This document shows, one piece after another, positions 1-13,677 of a DNA stretch of 64,000 bases; position 1 is the first letter of the stretch; every line of letters begins with the position of its first letter. This stretch comes from Octopus sinensis (lineage: Eukaryota). The notes beneath the pieces were generated by a model. That model worked only from the letters and a program-made list of their open reading frames with translations. It did not search any database and was not told the origin of the DNA. Both the position numbers and the translations under genes were made by a program. Location: positions 1-64,000 of the forward strand of contig NW_021836311.1 of the NCBI RefSeq assembly GCF_006345805.1, in the 5' to 3' direction.

Positions 1-192
1 GGAATATTCGACCTGACAAAAGATGTGTCAAGTCTGGCTCTTTAAAATACAGGTACTGTTCATTTTTGACCGGTGAGTAGACTGGAGCAACATGAAATAA
101 AGTGTTTTGCTCAAGGACATAACATATTGCCTGGTATCGAACTCACAATCTTATGATCATGAGGTGAATGCCCTAACCATAAAGCCAAGCGT
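1..192 (-). mobile_element. tRNA-derived SINE, group C (tRNA head plus CORE-like block), cut by the window edge
   Basis: Reverse strand has A-box-like GGCTTTATGG, B-box GAGTTCGATACC and TGTCCTTGAGCAAAACACTT; collinear with copies at 7271-7530 and 26172-26485. Confidence 0.75.
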
Positions 193-337
193 GTATATAC
201 CCAAATCAAACACAATATGTATAATAAACTTGAATTACTTGACTCTTCTTCAGGTATTCTTCTGTTATATAAATTGCTTAAAAATTATAACATATAATAA
301 AACAATATGCTTGTGTGTGCGACCGAAGGCGTGTGCT

Positions 338-428
<91 letters not shown>
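338..428. repeat. (GT)n microsatellite
   Basis: Near-perfect dinucleotide run; source of the VCVC/HTHT ORFs. Confidence 0.95.
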
Positions 429-430
<2 letters not shown>

Positions 431-2110
431 ATATATATATATATAAGATGGACTATTTTTTCCTATTGTTTCTTCGTGGCACAATCATTCAAAGTATGTT
501 CGTAAGGCCGTGGTTATTATAGAACCGAAATGTCCAATGTGCCAAGCAATTAGACTGATACTGAATCCATATGCTTTCGTAGCGAACACGTCACACATAT
601 TTGTGCATGCAAGCAACAGGAAGCAAGCATTCGATACAACAAACAGAGAAATGTATTATTTATTAGAATCTGATATGTTCCAAATGGTTATCCCAAGATT
701 TACCCTGTCGATTTCTGTAAGTAGTTGCAAAGATTCGGCTCCTTATATTTTGCATGTGCAAGTTTGTGTGTTTGAGAAAGAGAGATAGAGACAGAGAGAA
801 GGAGAGAGAGTGGGGAGAGAGAGACGGAGAGAGAGGAAAAGAGAGAAAGAGAAGGGGGGGGATATCTGTGTGTGTTTGTGTACAGTGAGAACTGGAGAAA
901 GCAGTGTATAGAAAGAGTCTAGTCAAACAGTAAGCATGCATATATATATACATACACACACACGTATACACTCAGAGGGAGACAGTGAGGGAGAAAGTGA
1001 GAGAGAAAGGGGGGAGAAAGAGAAATACATAGAGAGGCGTAATAGAGAAAGAAGACGCGAAGTAAAGAAGAAAATATATTGAATTTAAAAAAACAAAAAC
1101 TATATATCATGCGAAATGCACTGTGCCACGTCATTCTATAAATGTGATGTATAGTTTTTGTTATTATTGTTATTTTTATTTATCCATTTGCCTATGTTCG
1201 TATGTAGTTATTTTTATTTATTCTTGACTTTGGGGTGGTTTCTCATACGAGTTCATTAAGAAGAAATTGAAGTCTTTAACGAAGCAGTGATATAAAAGAA
1301 CACAAAATATTGTTATGGCAATGTGTATGTTTCCGAAGAAATGAGCTAGGATAAGCTAAGTAGACGCACAGACATGTAGAAATGCTCTCGTTAAAAGTGT
1401 ATGCTGTCGGTCAAATGCCAATTATAATGAATTATTATACAGTTTTCAAGAAAGAGGGCAAAGGGTTATTATAAGAAAGTACGCCATTTTGTTTTGAAGA
1501 TTTACATTTATTTTATATTATTATCATTATTATCATTATTATTATTATTATTATATTATTATTATTATTATTATTATTAAGTATTCGTAGTATTTGTAGT
1601 AGTATTTGGAAATATATATTAATAATAATTACAATAATAATACTAATAATGTTGTTATTTCTAGTATTATTTTTCCGCAGCAATGACCTAAATTTCTATT
1701 TTAATACGCCAGTTTGACGATTCCATATTAAACACAAGTGACAGCCTCAAAATAATGATAAGGAGGTTCAACTTTATAGAATTTACGTTTTATTTATGTA
1801 AAGAAATGGCCATGTTGAATTTAATGGGAATAATGTAGAAAGCAAAATAAATAAATATCATATCGGATTTGAGCAAATATGAATCGCTCCTTTTACTTTC
1901 TTTCTCTTTCTCTCCTTCTCTTTTTCTTCACTCTCACGTACACAGGTATAGCGTTCTCTGTGTGTGAATATGTCAGAGTGCGCGGGCGCGTGTACACACA
2001 CACACACACACACACGCATATACACACACAAACATACACAAAATGAAAGCTAGAAAATGGATATATTTATATCTATCTACCTATCTTGCCAACTATCCAA
2101 GACTTGAGTG

Positions 2111-2145
<35 letters not shown>

Positions 2146-2239
2146 TCCTAATCTGTGGGACACAGAGAGAGTGATGACGGGGGGGGGATAGAGAGAGAAA
2201 ATGCAAATCAAATACAAGTGAATATACATAGATAGAAAG

Positions 2240-2480
<241 letters not shown>

Positions 2481-2870
2481 TATCCCCCCTACATGAAAAT
2501 ATTTCTATGCCTATAAGAACCTACATATGTAAGACCTTCATGGACAAGTAAGAAGAGAAAAGAAAATGGGAAAGAATTGTATTTCTTTGTTGAAAGAATT
2601 ATGTTTCTTAGAATAACGTTATATCGTAAAATGCGAAAATATAAAATGCAAAAGAACTTTTTTCTTTTTTTTTTTCAGTGTAAACTATACCAGTGAATAA
2701 TCCGAATGTAAGAAATGAAATTTCGAAATTTCCAATAAGTAAACATTGAATTCCGTATATTTCCATTATGTGTAATCTGAGAGACCCCTAACTGAATTCT
2801 GCTTCAATATATTTTCGCTGTATTTGTGGAATACTGATAACAGCGATGATAATAAATCCTATTAAAATCT

Positions 2871-3070
2871 TTGGCACGCCGAGCCAAAAGTTTAGTGGCA
2901 TTTTGTCCGTGTTTACGTTCTGAGTTCAAATTCTGGCGAGGTTGACATTTTGCCTTTCATCCCTTCGGGTTCGATAAAATAACTAGTTGTGTACTGGGGT
3001 CAACATAATCGACTTAACCTCTCCTCAAAATTTCAGACCTTGTGTCTACAGTACAAAGGATTATTATTAT
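2871..3070 (+). mobile_element. tRNA-derived SINE, group A (tail A1), decayed
   Basis: B-box GAGTTCAAATTC, block GCCTTTCATCCCTTCGGGTTCGATAAAATAA and (ATT)n tail shared with about 15 other copies in the window. Confidence 0.75.
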
Positions 3071-3118
3071 TGGAGGTGGTGGTGGTGGTGGTTAGTGATG
3101 ATGGTGGTGGTGGTGGTG

Positions 3119-3160
<42 letters not shown>

Positions 3161-3556
3161 AATTCACGTGAGCCCAGAGCAGCACCTATCAAATGAATAT
3201 ATTTACTTTTCTGGATTATTCAGGAAATAGAGGTCTTTTGTAAACAATGAACGTGTCTTCAAAGATCTTGGATAGGAAAATTATGTCTTTAAAATTGACA
3301 TTATTTTCTTTAGTTGAGAGACATATCCATTAAAAAAACTGAAATTTGGCGGCGATATATCACAAAGGAGACTAACACTTTGCAAAAATTTCGGTCTAAG
3401 ATAACTTCCAAATGTCATCAAATAAAGAGGGAAAAGATGTCTCAGTGATGCGTAGTATGGAGTGTGATTCATTCATAAAGATAATCGTACGAAGGTTTGT
3501 ACTTGTTCTTCAAAGCTGAGAATGAAGCAACAAAGCAGTTAGATGTTTTCCTCATG

Positions 3557-3874
3557 TAGGCGCAAGCGTGGCTTCCCAACCGCATAGTTCCGGGTTCAGT
3601 TCCACTGCGTGGCACTTGGGTAAGTGTCTTTTACTGTAGTACCGGGTCGAACAAAGCCTTGTGAGTGGATTTGGTACGTATGGGAGCAACAGTCTCCGAA
3701 GACTTATATTGTCGTTCGATGCTCGAAATGAGGAGTAGATAGACAGCCGACAACTGATGAAGGGTCGTTCTTTGTGTTACTTGTCCTATTTTCCATTTGT
3801 TTCTGTCGCGTCCTGTGCCCATATATGCATATGTATATACATATATATATATATGTAAGTATGTACATAGATGT

Positions 3875-3922
<48 letters not shown>

Positions 3923-3968
3923 ATATATATATATATATATATGTAAGTATGTACATATATGTATACAC

Positions 3969-4002
<34 letters not shown>

Positions 4003-4195
4003 ATCACTGTTTGGCAACCGGTGTTGGTGTGTTCCCGTCCCTGTAACTTAGCAGTTTGGCAAAAGGGAACGTTGGAATTAGTACTGAGGCTTAAGAATTC
4101 AATCCCGGGGTCGATTTGTTCGGCTATAAACACTCCCAGGCGGTGCTCAAGCATGGCCGCAATCAAATGCCTGAAACCAGCAAAAGAGTAAAAAA
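3557..4195 (+). mobile_element. SINE group B (CORE-like block, central TA/TG microsatellite), interrupted by an insertion
   Basis: Head GGTTCAGTTCCACTGCGTGGCACTTGGGTAAGTGTC and 3' block GGCGGTGCTCAAGCATGGCCGC; collinear with 36265-36676. Possibly related to the octopus OR2 CORE-SINE (not verified). Confidence 0.8.
3677..3830 (+). mobile_element. Foreign fragment inside SINE B carrying a CTGATGA half-hammerhead motif; putative PLE terminal-repeat fragment
   Basis: Absent from other SINE B copies. Shares ACA(G/A)CTGATGAAGGG...TTGTGT and GTCCTGT..CA.ATAT..GCAT.TGTATATAC with 58495-58915. Confidence 0.45.
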
Positions 4196-4838
4196 AAATA
4201 CGCTTTTCCCCAACAAAATCCTGCCACAATACATCGGACAGATATAACGCATAGATCCTTGGCATATCGTCAACTTTGTGGCACATTGCACACAGGTGGT
4301 AGGCGCCGTGATGACACGGTGTAGAGTATGACGCGTTCAGAAATAGGTAATGAGAATTGTAGGCTTTAATAAACAGCATGACAATATAGGACTATCATTA
4401 ACTTTCATATCTCACCCGCGACACACTTCATAGGTGTGTGTATGAACACTAAGTTAATATATACATCTCTGTACTTAAATAAATATACACACGTCTAATA
4501 TATTGTGCATGTATGTGTTTGTAATTTCATTTTATCTAGTTTCAGTTCACGAGCTGTGGTCATGCTGGGGCACCGCCATTGAATATATTCTCTGTGAGTA
4601 TATGTGGACATATACTGCACATAGTTACTATACACACATATGTATAGCAATATTAGTACGAGTATACCGTCATATGTTCATATACACGTTCTTTGAAAGA
4701 AATATATTCACGCACACACATACTTTCCGTTTACTACGAGCGTTTATTAACAGCTATATAAAGAAACATGACCTCATTATATACACCTATACACAAAATA
4801 ATGGCCAACAAAATAAGCAACACGTAACAACATAAGCA

Positions 4839-4881
<43 letters not shown>

Positions 4882-5619
4882 GTGTGTGTGGTGTGTGTGC
4901 GCGCGTGTGTGTAATGGGAGCGGATCAGACAGACACACATAAGCACACACGAAGACACATAGGTGTAATAGACAGGGCAAGCAGTCAACGTTTGTTCCTT
5001 GTTTTTCATTAGAAGAGACGCGAAATGTCCCTTTGGCAATATGTCCAGTTCTGCGTAACTAAATTAATTACGTTTTAAATAAAGAGAACTGGAAAGTCAA
5101 GGCCTAAGTATCTGACTGTTTTGATTATTTTTTTTTCCCTGTGTCGCAGTTATATACATAGAAATATATACCTATCTAACAATAAGTGAAGCAGACGTGT
5201 AACATTTACCCCTGTATTTTAAATATATTCTGTAAACTCCTGAGTATACAATAATTGAAATATATTTCACTGCTTATTTTTATTATTCTTATTTTTAAAA
5301 ATCTTTTTCCAGTATTTATTTATTGGTATTAATTTTCGGTCGTTGATTTTCCTAATTCTAGGTCCTTATACATTTACATCTGCATATACGTACACATCCG
5401 TAGATAGAATACATACATGCATACATAGATGAGTGCAAATATACATAGTACATACAAATAGACACAGACAGACAGTATTGTGTGTGTGAATGTGTGTGTC
5501 TGCGTATCAGCACTTATACGTACTACATACAGGCACACCAAGCACAGAAGCTAACATACAAATATATGTGTAATATGTGTGTATGCTTACGTGCGTATAA
5601 GCCGAGTAAAGAGAAAGAG

Positions 5620-5825
5620 AGAAGAGAAGAAGAAGAAGAAGAAGAAGAAGAGAAGAAGAAGAAGAAGAAGAAGAAGAAGAAGAAGAGAAGAAGAAGAAAA
5701 AGAAGAAGAAAAAGAGTAGAAGAAGAAGAAGAAGAAAAAGAAGAGGAAGAAAAAGAAGTAGAAGAAGAAGGAGAAAAAGAAGAAGAAGAAAAAGAAGAAG
5801 ATGAAGAAAAAGAGAAGAAGAGAGA
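5620..5825. repeat. (AGA)n-rich purine microsatellite
   Basis: Directly visible; source of the poly-E/K ORF. Confidence 0.95.
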
Positions 5826-6304
5826 TTATATGAAATTAAAATAAGTTTTCGTTTTACGTACACATACAATAAAACAAACCGTGGACCCATTTCCACATTA
5901 ACACTAATACAGACACACATACGCCCGTACACACACTCACACACACGCTCACACACTCACATACACACACACACATCTGAATGAAAGGATACCTGTGAAC
6001 GTGGGCATGGGTATATATGTGTAAGTATGCGTAAGTATGTGTGTGTGTCTTTGTGCGTTTGTGCCTATCCTGATACATCCATGGTGTTCTTTTTTTATTC
6101 TTTCTCGATCAGTCCCAAAGACTATAATTCAGAACCGACTGCAAATAAGGTTTCCTAGGAATATAAAGAATCATTGATGAAATGGATTTTAATGGCTTCA
6201 GCATCAAAACTTCTCAATATATACCATTTGCTTGCCATTTTTTTCTCTTATGTTCGCTACGTAAACACCTAAAATATATGTACGCTCACACACAAACGTA
6301 CCCT

Positions 6305-6305
<1 letters not shown>

Positions 6306-6347
<42 letters not shown>

Positions 6348-6599
6348 ATATATATATATATATAACACATATATATATATACACATACATATATATACAC
6401 ATACATATGTATATATACATATACATATATATGTATATATATATAATATACATACATATATAATATTCATATAGATGTATATATATATGTATATATATAC
6501 ATATATACTATATATATAATATATATATATACATATATATATATATACATACTATATCATATAACATATATATACATATACATATATATACATATATAC

Positions 6600-6647
<48 letters not shown>

Positions 6648-6813
6648 ATATATATACATATATGTATATATACATATACATATATATATATATACATATA
6701 CATATATATATATATACACACAACAACACACACACACACACACACACAACACACATATATATGTATATAGGCGCGCACACGCACATATGTATGTATGTAT
6801 ATATATATTATAT

Positions 6814-6855
<42 letters not shown>
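6306..6855. repeat. Compound (TA)n/(TATACA)n/(CA)n array
   Basis: Directly visible. Confidence 0.95.
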
Positions 6856-7270
6856 GTATGTGTGTATGTGTATCTGTGTGTCAGTGTGTAACTCATATAC
6901 CACAAATAAAATATCATTTCCTTCTTGCTCTCCGTTATTTTCCCTCGTATCATATTTTTTCTGTAACTGTTTATTTGTTAACTCTCTCCCATTTTCCATC
7001 GATGTGCATTTTATGTATTATTATTGCTGTAAGAGAGAATACTGACGATGCAGCTATAAATATAATTTCGATTTCCGTTTAAGTCACTTCATTTCATTTA
7101 CACATCACAACCAATCAATATTAAAGGCACCGTGTTGCAGACGTATCCTACCTACTCACTTCAAAAGATGGAGCAAATACGTTGGCGCTTGACCAGCAAG
7201 AAATATGAACAAATATCTGCCTCAAAATAACCGTACGGTCTTAAAAAATTGCAAGCACACATTTGGAGAA

Positions 7271-7530
7271 ATAAATAATTACATGCACCCTTTTCAAGTC
7301 TAGCCAGGCTCATGGGCCCAGTTTCCCGGTTTCAATGGCGTATGTGTTACCCAGATGGACGGGACGCCAGTCCATCGCAGCGTTGCTCATTTTTACCAGC
7401 TGAATGGACTGGAACAACGTGAAATGAAGTGTTTTGCTCAAGAACACAACGCGTCGCCCGGTCCAGGAATCGAAACCACAATCTTACCATCACGATGCTG
7501 ACACCCTAACCACTAAGCCGCACGCCTCCA
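7271..7530 (-). mobile_element. tRNA-derived SINE, group C head with a V-domain-like tail and 15-bp TSD
   Basis: A-box GGCTTAGTGG, B-box GGTTTCGATTCC, CORE-like GTGTTCTTGAGCAAAACACTT, motif CTGCGATGGACTGGCGTCCCGTCCA (7356-7380); direct repeat CACACATTTGGAGAA at 7256-7270 and 7531-7545. Confidence 0.85.
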
Positions 7531-7744
7531 CACACATTTGGAGAACGTTGCCTTAAACATACAAAGTGACGTGAGGTTTCGGAAGGAACGGCTGTGATCA
7601 AAGGGCATCTTTGACATGGCTTACAACATTAAATAATATAACTTCCTTCACAGAAAAAAAGGACAACGAATTCTGTGTATCCTTGATAAGGTGTTCTAAC
7701 TAAAGATGATTTTTACCACCTCTTGAATACACGGTTAGGATTAC

Positions 7745-7794
7745 TCTACTCTGAAGAGACGTCGGTCGCAACAACTGGCCATGTTGTGAGAAGA
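7745..7794 (+). ncRNA. Degenerate type I hammerhead ribozyme fold, probably inactive
   Basis: TCTACT-CTGAAGA-GAC(gtcg)GTC-GCAA-CAAC(tggccat)GTTG-TG-AGAAGA: three stems form, but GAAA reads GCAA and position 17 is G. Confidence 0.45.
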
Positions 7795-8224
7795 AAAGGA
7801 TAAAGGAAAAAAAAAATAACGAGGGTTCTTTACTCGGAGATATCGTGTTTGTTAGTGCAAAATTCTATATTTTTTCATTAGACTTTATTACTTCTTTAAT
7901 TGAATAATATTATGATCAGGCTAGTATATCACATTGAAATATTTAATTGATCAAATCGACCCATTGTGTTTATTTTATAGAATTACATTGCTTCAATCTT
8001 ATTCTAAGGTGTCAGGCAGTGGGACTGCACCCATAACCATGTGGTTGGTAAGCAAGCTACTAACCACACAGCCACGGGATGGGCTAGGATTGAAAAATAC
8101 ATCTCGATCAGGTTTGGTCTGAGACTTTTCAAAGAGCAACAGACAAATACAGCAACAACACCAACAACAAACAGTAGCGTGACCTATCCCATCACCACAA
8201 CCACCATCACCACCACCACTACTA

Positions 8225-8301
<77 letters not shown>

Positions 8302-8682
8302 ACTACAGCTGCCGCTGTCATTTTAGCACTACCTCAACTGTTATAGCACTCAACAGTCCAAAGATCTCGTGGTCCTAAGTAAATTGTGTTGTGTTTACAT
8401 TAAAGCAGTCCTTCTGTGTCTTTCATCAAAGCTTTTATGTCGAAGGTCCCTCGTACAATTTATTCAACTTAGGCCTTTGTGGCGGGCGGGTGAGACGGCG
8501 GAGGGGGTTGGATTATTTTTGTCATTGTTGCTTTATTTTTATGATCTGTTATTCTTGTTTTACTTTTTCGCTTTCCGTTTTGCTTTTTAGTTACTTTTTT
8601 TCCCATTTATTTTTTATTTTTGTCTTTTATTTTTGTTTTGTGGAAGTCCTTTCTATGAAAACAAAAGAGGAACGATATCCGA

Positions 8683-8713
<31 letters not shown>

Positions 8714-9189
8714 TAATGGTAGTAGTAATAATAATAATAATGACGATAATGAACAAAGAAAAGCGAAAAAGATCTCCAAAAAGCAGTCCTCACCACCCTC
8801 ACGAACCCACTTTTGATCTTCAGTGTCAGGGAATGTGATGGAAAGGGGAGGAGGTCAAACAATAAGATGAAAAGAAAGGGCAAAGTGTGCGGATGCTGAC
8901 ATAAATGAACTCTTCTCAATGGATAGTTAATGAATAATAAAGAGAAATAAAGGAAAATAAACCAATGGATTATATACGTACATATATATATATACGTACA
9001 TATATATATATATATATATATGTAATTATGTATGTATGTGTGTATGTATGTATGTAAACACTCACATACGGTAACATGACCATGTCCATACACAAATGTA
9101 CGCACACGCATAACCGTTCCAGTGTTTATATATATAACCAGGATGAAGATTATCACCGAGTTGAACGGGTGGCTTATAATAATGACGAC

Positions 9190-9238
9190 AATCGTGAACA
9201 CTACTACTGCTACTACTACTACTACTACTACTACTACA

Positions 9239-9277
<39 letters not shown>

Positions 9278-9379
9278 GTTGCTAGTTTCTTTGCTGCAAA
9301 CTCTTTCTGTTCGCAAATAAAGGAGTACTTTATACAGTAGCTATTAAACTAATACTTTCAGATCAGCATCAGAAGCGGT

Positions 9380-9433
<54 letters not shown>

Positions 9434-9582
9434 CGATGTGGTAAGAACAATGAGAGTGTCTGTAGTGAAGGGCATGGTAGTAGTTTCTGATTTATACTAA
9501 GCGTTAATATCTTTTGGGCATACTGATGAGATAAAGCACTGAGAAACTGCTGCAGCAACCGTGGTGGTGTTGGTGATGGTGA

Positions 9583-9622
<40 letters not shown>

Positions 9623-9986
9623 AGTTGTTGTGATGGCTAGAGTAACAGTAGTAGGGGCGGTGGTAGTAGTAGTCATGGTGATGGTCATCATCGTGGTTTT
9701 GTATTAGTAGTGATGGTGGTGTTAGTAGTAGTTGTAGTACTGGTGGTTTTAGCGGTGGTAGTAGTATTAGTACTGGAGTTAGAAGTAGTAATAGTAGTAG
9801 TGGCGGTGGTAAGAGTAGCAGTAGTGGCGATGGTAGTTGTAGTTGTGGTGGTTGTAGTAGTAGTAATATTAGTAGTAGTAGTGGCGGTGGTAGTAATAAT
9901 GGTGGTGTTTGTGGTTGTGGTGGTGATGATGGTGGTTGCAGTAATGGTGGCGGTAGTAGTAGTAGTAGTCGTCGTCGTCATCGTCA

Positions 9987-10017
<31 letters not shown>

Positions 10018-10417
10018 TAACTTGCTCTTATTGATGCTTCAGTTTTGTGTTCTTTGTCTTTTTTCCTTTTTTTTTTTTTTTGCTTTTCTTTGTGTCGCTG
10101 CTTTTGTTATAATTTGCACCCCCGCTTTTGTGTGTGTGTGTGTTTTCCCTCTCTCTTTGTAATTTCTTTCATTTTTTATTATTTTAATTGTACTTCTTTT
10201 TTTTCTGTTATGTTATGTCTCTTTTATCGTCGTCGTTATTTTGTTAAATTTAAATATGTATTAATCCTAAGAGCGAGTCTTTTGATAGGAAACATCGAGA
10301 GCGAAACAGCCAGGGAACGTTGTTCGGTGTAATAAACCGCCTTTTCCTTGTTTTATGTAATATTCAAATCCTGCTTTTGCTTTCATGGTTCATTAGTATG
10401 TGCATTCTGATAGTGTG

Positions 10418-10466
<49 letters not shown>

Positions 10467-11080
10467 AAAGCGAGAGAGAGAGAGAGAGAGAAACAGGGAG
10501 AGAGAGAAAAAATGAGGTGGAAGGAAAGAAAGAAAGAAGGACAGGGAGAAGAGAGAGAATGATGATATTACGTGATTGATTCAGTGCAAACACAAATCAC
10601 ATGGAGTGATTGTTGCGTGGTGGTGGTAGTGGTGGTGGTGGTGCTGGTGGCGGTGGCGGTGGTGGTGGTGGTGGTAACCGTGGCGTTGGATTGGTTGTGG
10701 TGGTGGTGGTGGCGGTGGTGGTGATGGTGGTGCTGTTAGTGGTAGTTGTGCTGGTGGTGATGGTGGTGACTGTGGCGTTGGATTGGTTGTGGTGGTGTTG
10801 TATGATTTAGTCGTGGTGGTGGTTGTGCTAGTAGTGTTGGTGGTAGTAGTAGTGGTGGTGGTGGTGGTGGTGTTGGCAGTGGTGGTGGTGGCGTTGGTGA
10901 GGACTGTATCAATGAAGACGGTGATAGGGATGGTGGCGTTGGAGTGGTTGTGGTGCTGGTTGTGGTGTGTCTGGTAGTGGCGTTGCTGGATGTGATATTA
11001 GTTAATATTAGTATAATGGTGATGCTGATGTTACTAGCTATAGTTTTGCGAGGGATTGTAATGATGCTGATGTCGGTGAA
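9190..11080. repeat. Long trinucleotide low-complexity block (ACT, ATT, GAT, GTA, GGT)n with GA/T-rich interruptions
   Basis: Directly visible; source of the poly-V/T/H ORFs. Confidence 0.9.
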
Positions 11081-11243
11081 GATATCGGCGGGGGGAGCTA
11101 AAGAATGCGTAAACCACCCGTTTTCAGCGTAGCAAAAACCCCAACCCTAACCTTAATCCTAACCCCAAACCCTAAAACGGCCCTAATCCTAACCCTAACC
11201 ACAAACACCAAGTGTACGAATTCTTTACTTTCGCCGATATCGG
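11081..11243. mobile_element. Small MITE-like element with imperfect terminal inverted repeats enclosing degenerate (CCCTAA)n
   Basis: Left GATATCGGCG...TAAAGAATGCGTAAAC and right GTGTACGAATTCTTTA...CGCCGATATC are inverted; GATATCGG is also directly repeated at 11081-11088 and 11236-11243. Confidence 0.5.
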
Positions 11244-12353
11244 TTGTGTCAGTGAAGACGGTTGGTGGTGTCGCTGTTCTTTGTAGTAGCGGCGGTGGTG
11301 TTGGTTTATTGTTGCTTGCTGTGGTTGTGTTTGTAATCATAGTGGTGTAGGCGCCGGTTGAGCGCTGGTTGTGTTGTGTTGCGGTGAGGTTGGTAACAGT
11401 GCAGCTGTTGCTAGAGATGATGGGGTGTTGACTCTCGGAGCATTACTGAAGTCGGTGGTAGTGTTGGTATTAATAGTGGCAGTATTGTTGCTGGCTGTGA
11501 CTATGTTGATGATCATGATGTTGTTGATGTCGGTGGTGGCGCTGTTGTTGGAACCAATCGAGCGTTTAAAGATAATCTAAGGGTCATTACATCTTTGGTC
11601 TTAGTTATAGTTCAGATATCGTTGTTGTTCTTTGATATTGCTGTCGTTGTTTTTATTGTTTTGCCACAAGCCACCCTTGATCAGCCAGATCTATGATAAA
11701 AAGCATTCCAGACGAGCCGATCTCGTCTCTTTTTCTTTCTATCACTTTTTTCTTCTCCGAAAGACGACACTATAAATATGGAAATGTACAAGTTATTTCT
11801 GGCACGTCGGCCACATTGCAAAAAGCCATTTCCTTGGCCGCCGTGCCCACGCATTCTCACAAGCACGGACACATACACAGCATGCATACACACACACACA
11901 GAGTATGTATGCGCACACACTCACACATACACAGAGATAATCTCACAAGGACACGTTGTTAACGTTCGTAAGGGCAACCAAAGTGATAATGATGATGATG
12001 ATGATGACGACGACTACGATGATTATGGAAATGATTGTGTGTGTGTGTATGTGTGTGTGTAAGAGCATATGTACGTATGTATCTATACGTTGTTTAGAAG
12101 AAAACAAAAGAGAAACTGCTCTATGCAAGACGCAAAATTTGGTTTTACCAGAAACGCGAAGTTTTACGATTGCAGATACTATTGATCTATAATGAAAATT
12201 TATTTTAATCCAAAATGGCTCTGACACATCACTCTTTCATTGATTAACACAAGTCACGTTAATCCTTTGAAATGTGTGATAATTCACAACTGAATAGAAC
12301 TTTGAGATGTTCAGAACACACCTTTCTTAAGAGAAAACAATTGTTCTTTACTT

Positions 12354-12395
<42 letters not shown>

Positions 12396-12919
12396 AAGAA
12401 AGAAAGAAAGAAACCTCTACAATACATTAAATGTTGCGTGTTAAATTTCTCACCGTTCTTTGTATTCTATGACCCTCAAGAGGAGCAGCCTTTGTTGTAT
12501 GGTGGTTTGGGTATCTCTATAACACTAAGATTTACGCCAGCGGAGCGCAAGCACCTCGCAGGGCCTGCAAGCTAGACAGGTCAAATAATAAATGCCAGAC
12601 GAATATGGACCACCTCTTTCTAGAGGCCAAAATTGATTTGCCTTGGACCAAACATTCCTGCGTCGCATAAAAAAAGACAATGTTATAGAATCATCGATGA
12701 GAATTCGAAACCAACAGGATCTGGGTTAGGTAGAGACAGATCCGAGTCGTGAACAATGCTGGGAAAATAGTCGATGGCCAAATGTTCCTTAGGGAATGAA
12801 GAGATTAACTAAGTAAGCTTCATTTCTTGGAGGTTCAAACCGCTTGTAAGTCCAAATACACTGGGAAAGTTTGAAAGTCTGAAGCGTGTATTTCTTTATT
12901 TCAGTATCAAGCAATACGT

Positions 12920-13677
12920 TGTAGGTCTCCGTGTTGAGTCTGAGGTTGCGTGGGGAGATGAATGGAGGTATAACTTCACCATTACTAGTGATCACTCCAA
13001 ACACCATGATGTTGACTGGATGTTTGACTTTTATCACCCTCGGTACATGTTTTAGGGACATGGCAAGCCAACGGTTTTTCTGAATGTTAACCATCTGATC
13101 GTGGCAGAAATTGTTCTCCTCTGAGAAAAGCCAAAGCATGTGCGGTTGGAGGGGATGATTAAGTTTGTTCAAAAGCTTTGTAGCGCAGCCATTGCTCTTG
13201 TCCTTGATGACTTGGGATAAAAATTTAGCCCTTTCTCATCTTCTATGAGGAATATTGCCTGTCTGGTAATATTGTCTGGCAATGGACCTGATTGGCTTGT
13301 AGGGATCGTTGTCAATCATGGCTTGGATCTCACTAACAAATTCAGGAGTTTTTTTCTTATCAGAACGACCAGAGTATATTTTCCGAGCTGCCGTATCTTC
13401 GCAATCACCATTAGACTCATCCAACTCTTTCCGAATCCTCTGCACTCTCCTCAGATTGAAACCCAAACACTCTAGAATGTTCGTCTTGGAGCTTCCGTCA
13501 CGAATGCCAAGCAGTAAAGCATGTCGTTTTAAAATTCTGGTGTCATGGTGCTGTTTTTCTCAGAGACGGTGCCCTACTGACCCTACTATACTCTGTAGTC
13601 GACCAAATCAAAAACAAACAACGCGCATTCGCGAAATTAAAAATATGAAATGGCTACAATTTACCCATCGCAGTCTG
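12920..13677 (-). mobile_element. Tc1/mariner transposon remnant, maT (DD37D)-like; one end plus a disrupted, 3'-truncated transposase
   Basis: WLFSEENNFCHDQ (FSDEKNF-like, first catalytic D lost), NRWLA, KHPVNIMVFGVITSNGEVIPPF, LNTETY; N-terminal HTH-like part at 13236-13546 with stop and frameshift; terminus CAGACTGCGATGGG next to TA at 13678-13679. Confidence 0.85.

Noticed and set aside
9523-9560. CTGATGA...GAAAC motif; similar partial cores at 40133, 49090, 55245 and 62911
   Set aside because: Each lacks a paired stem II or the GAAA half.
11098-11920. Possible exon(s) in the Thr/Asn-rich - strand region
   Set aside because: Frames are broken by stops, the composition is a decayed trinucleotide repeat, and I recognise no protein.
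12500-12615. Resemblance to an RTE-type LINE 5' UTR (GCTAGACAGGTCAAA...GCCAGACGAA)
   Set aside because: Based only on vague recall; too short and decayed, with no linked ORF.
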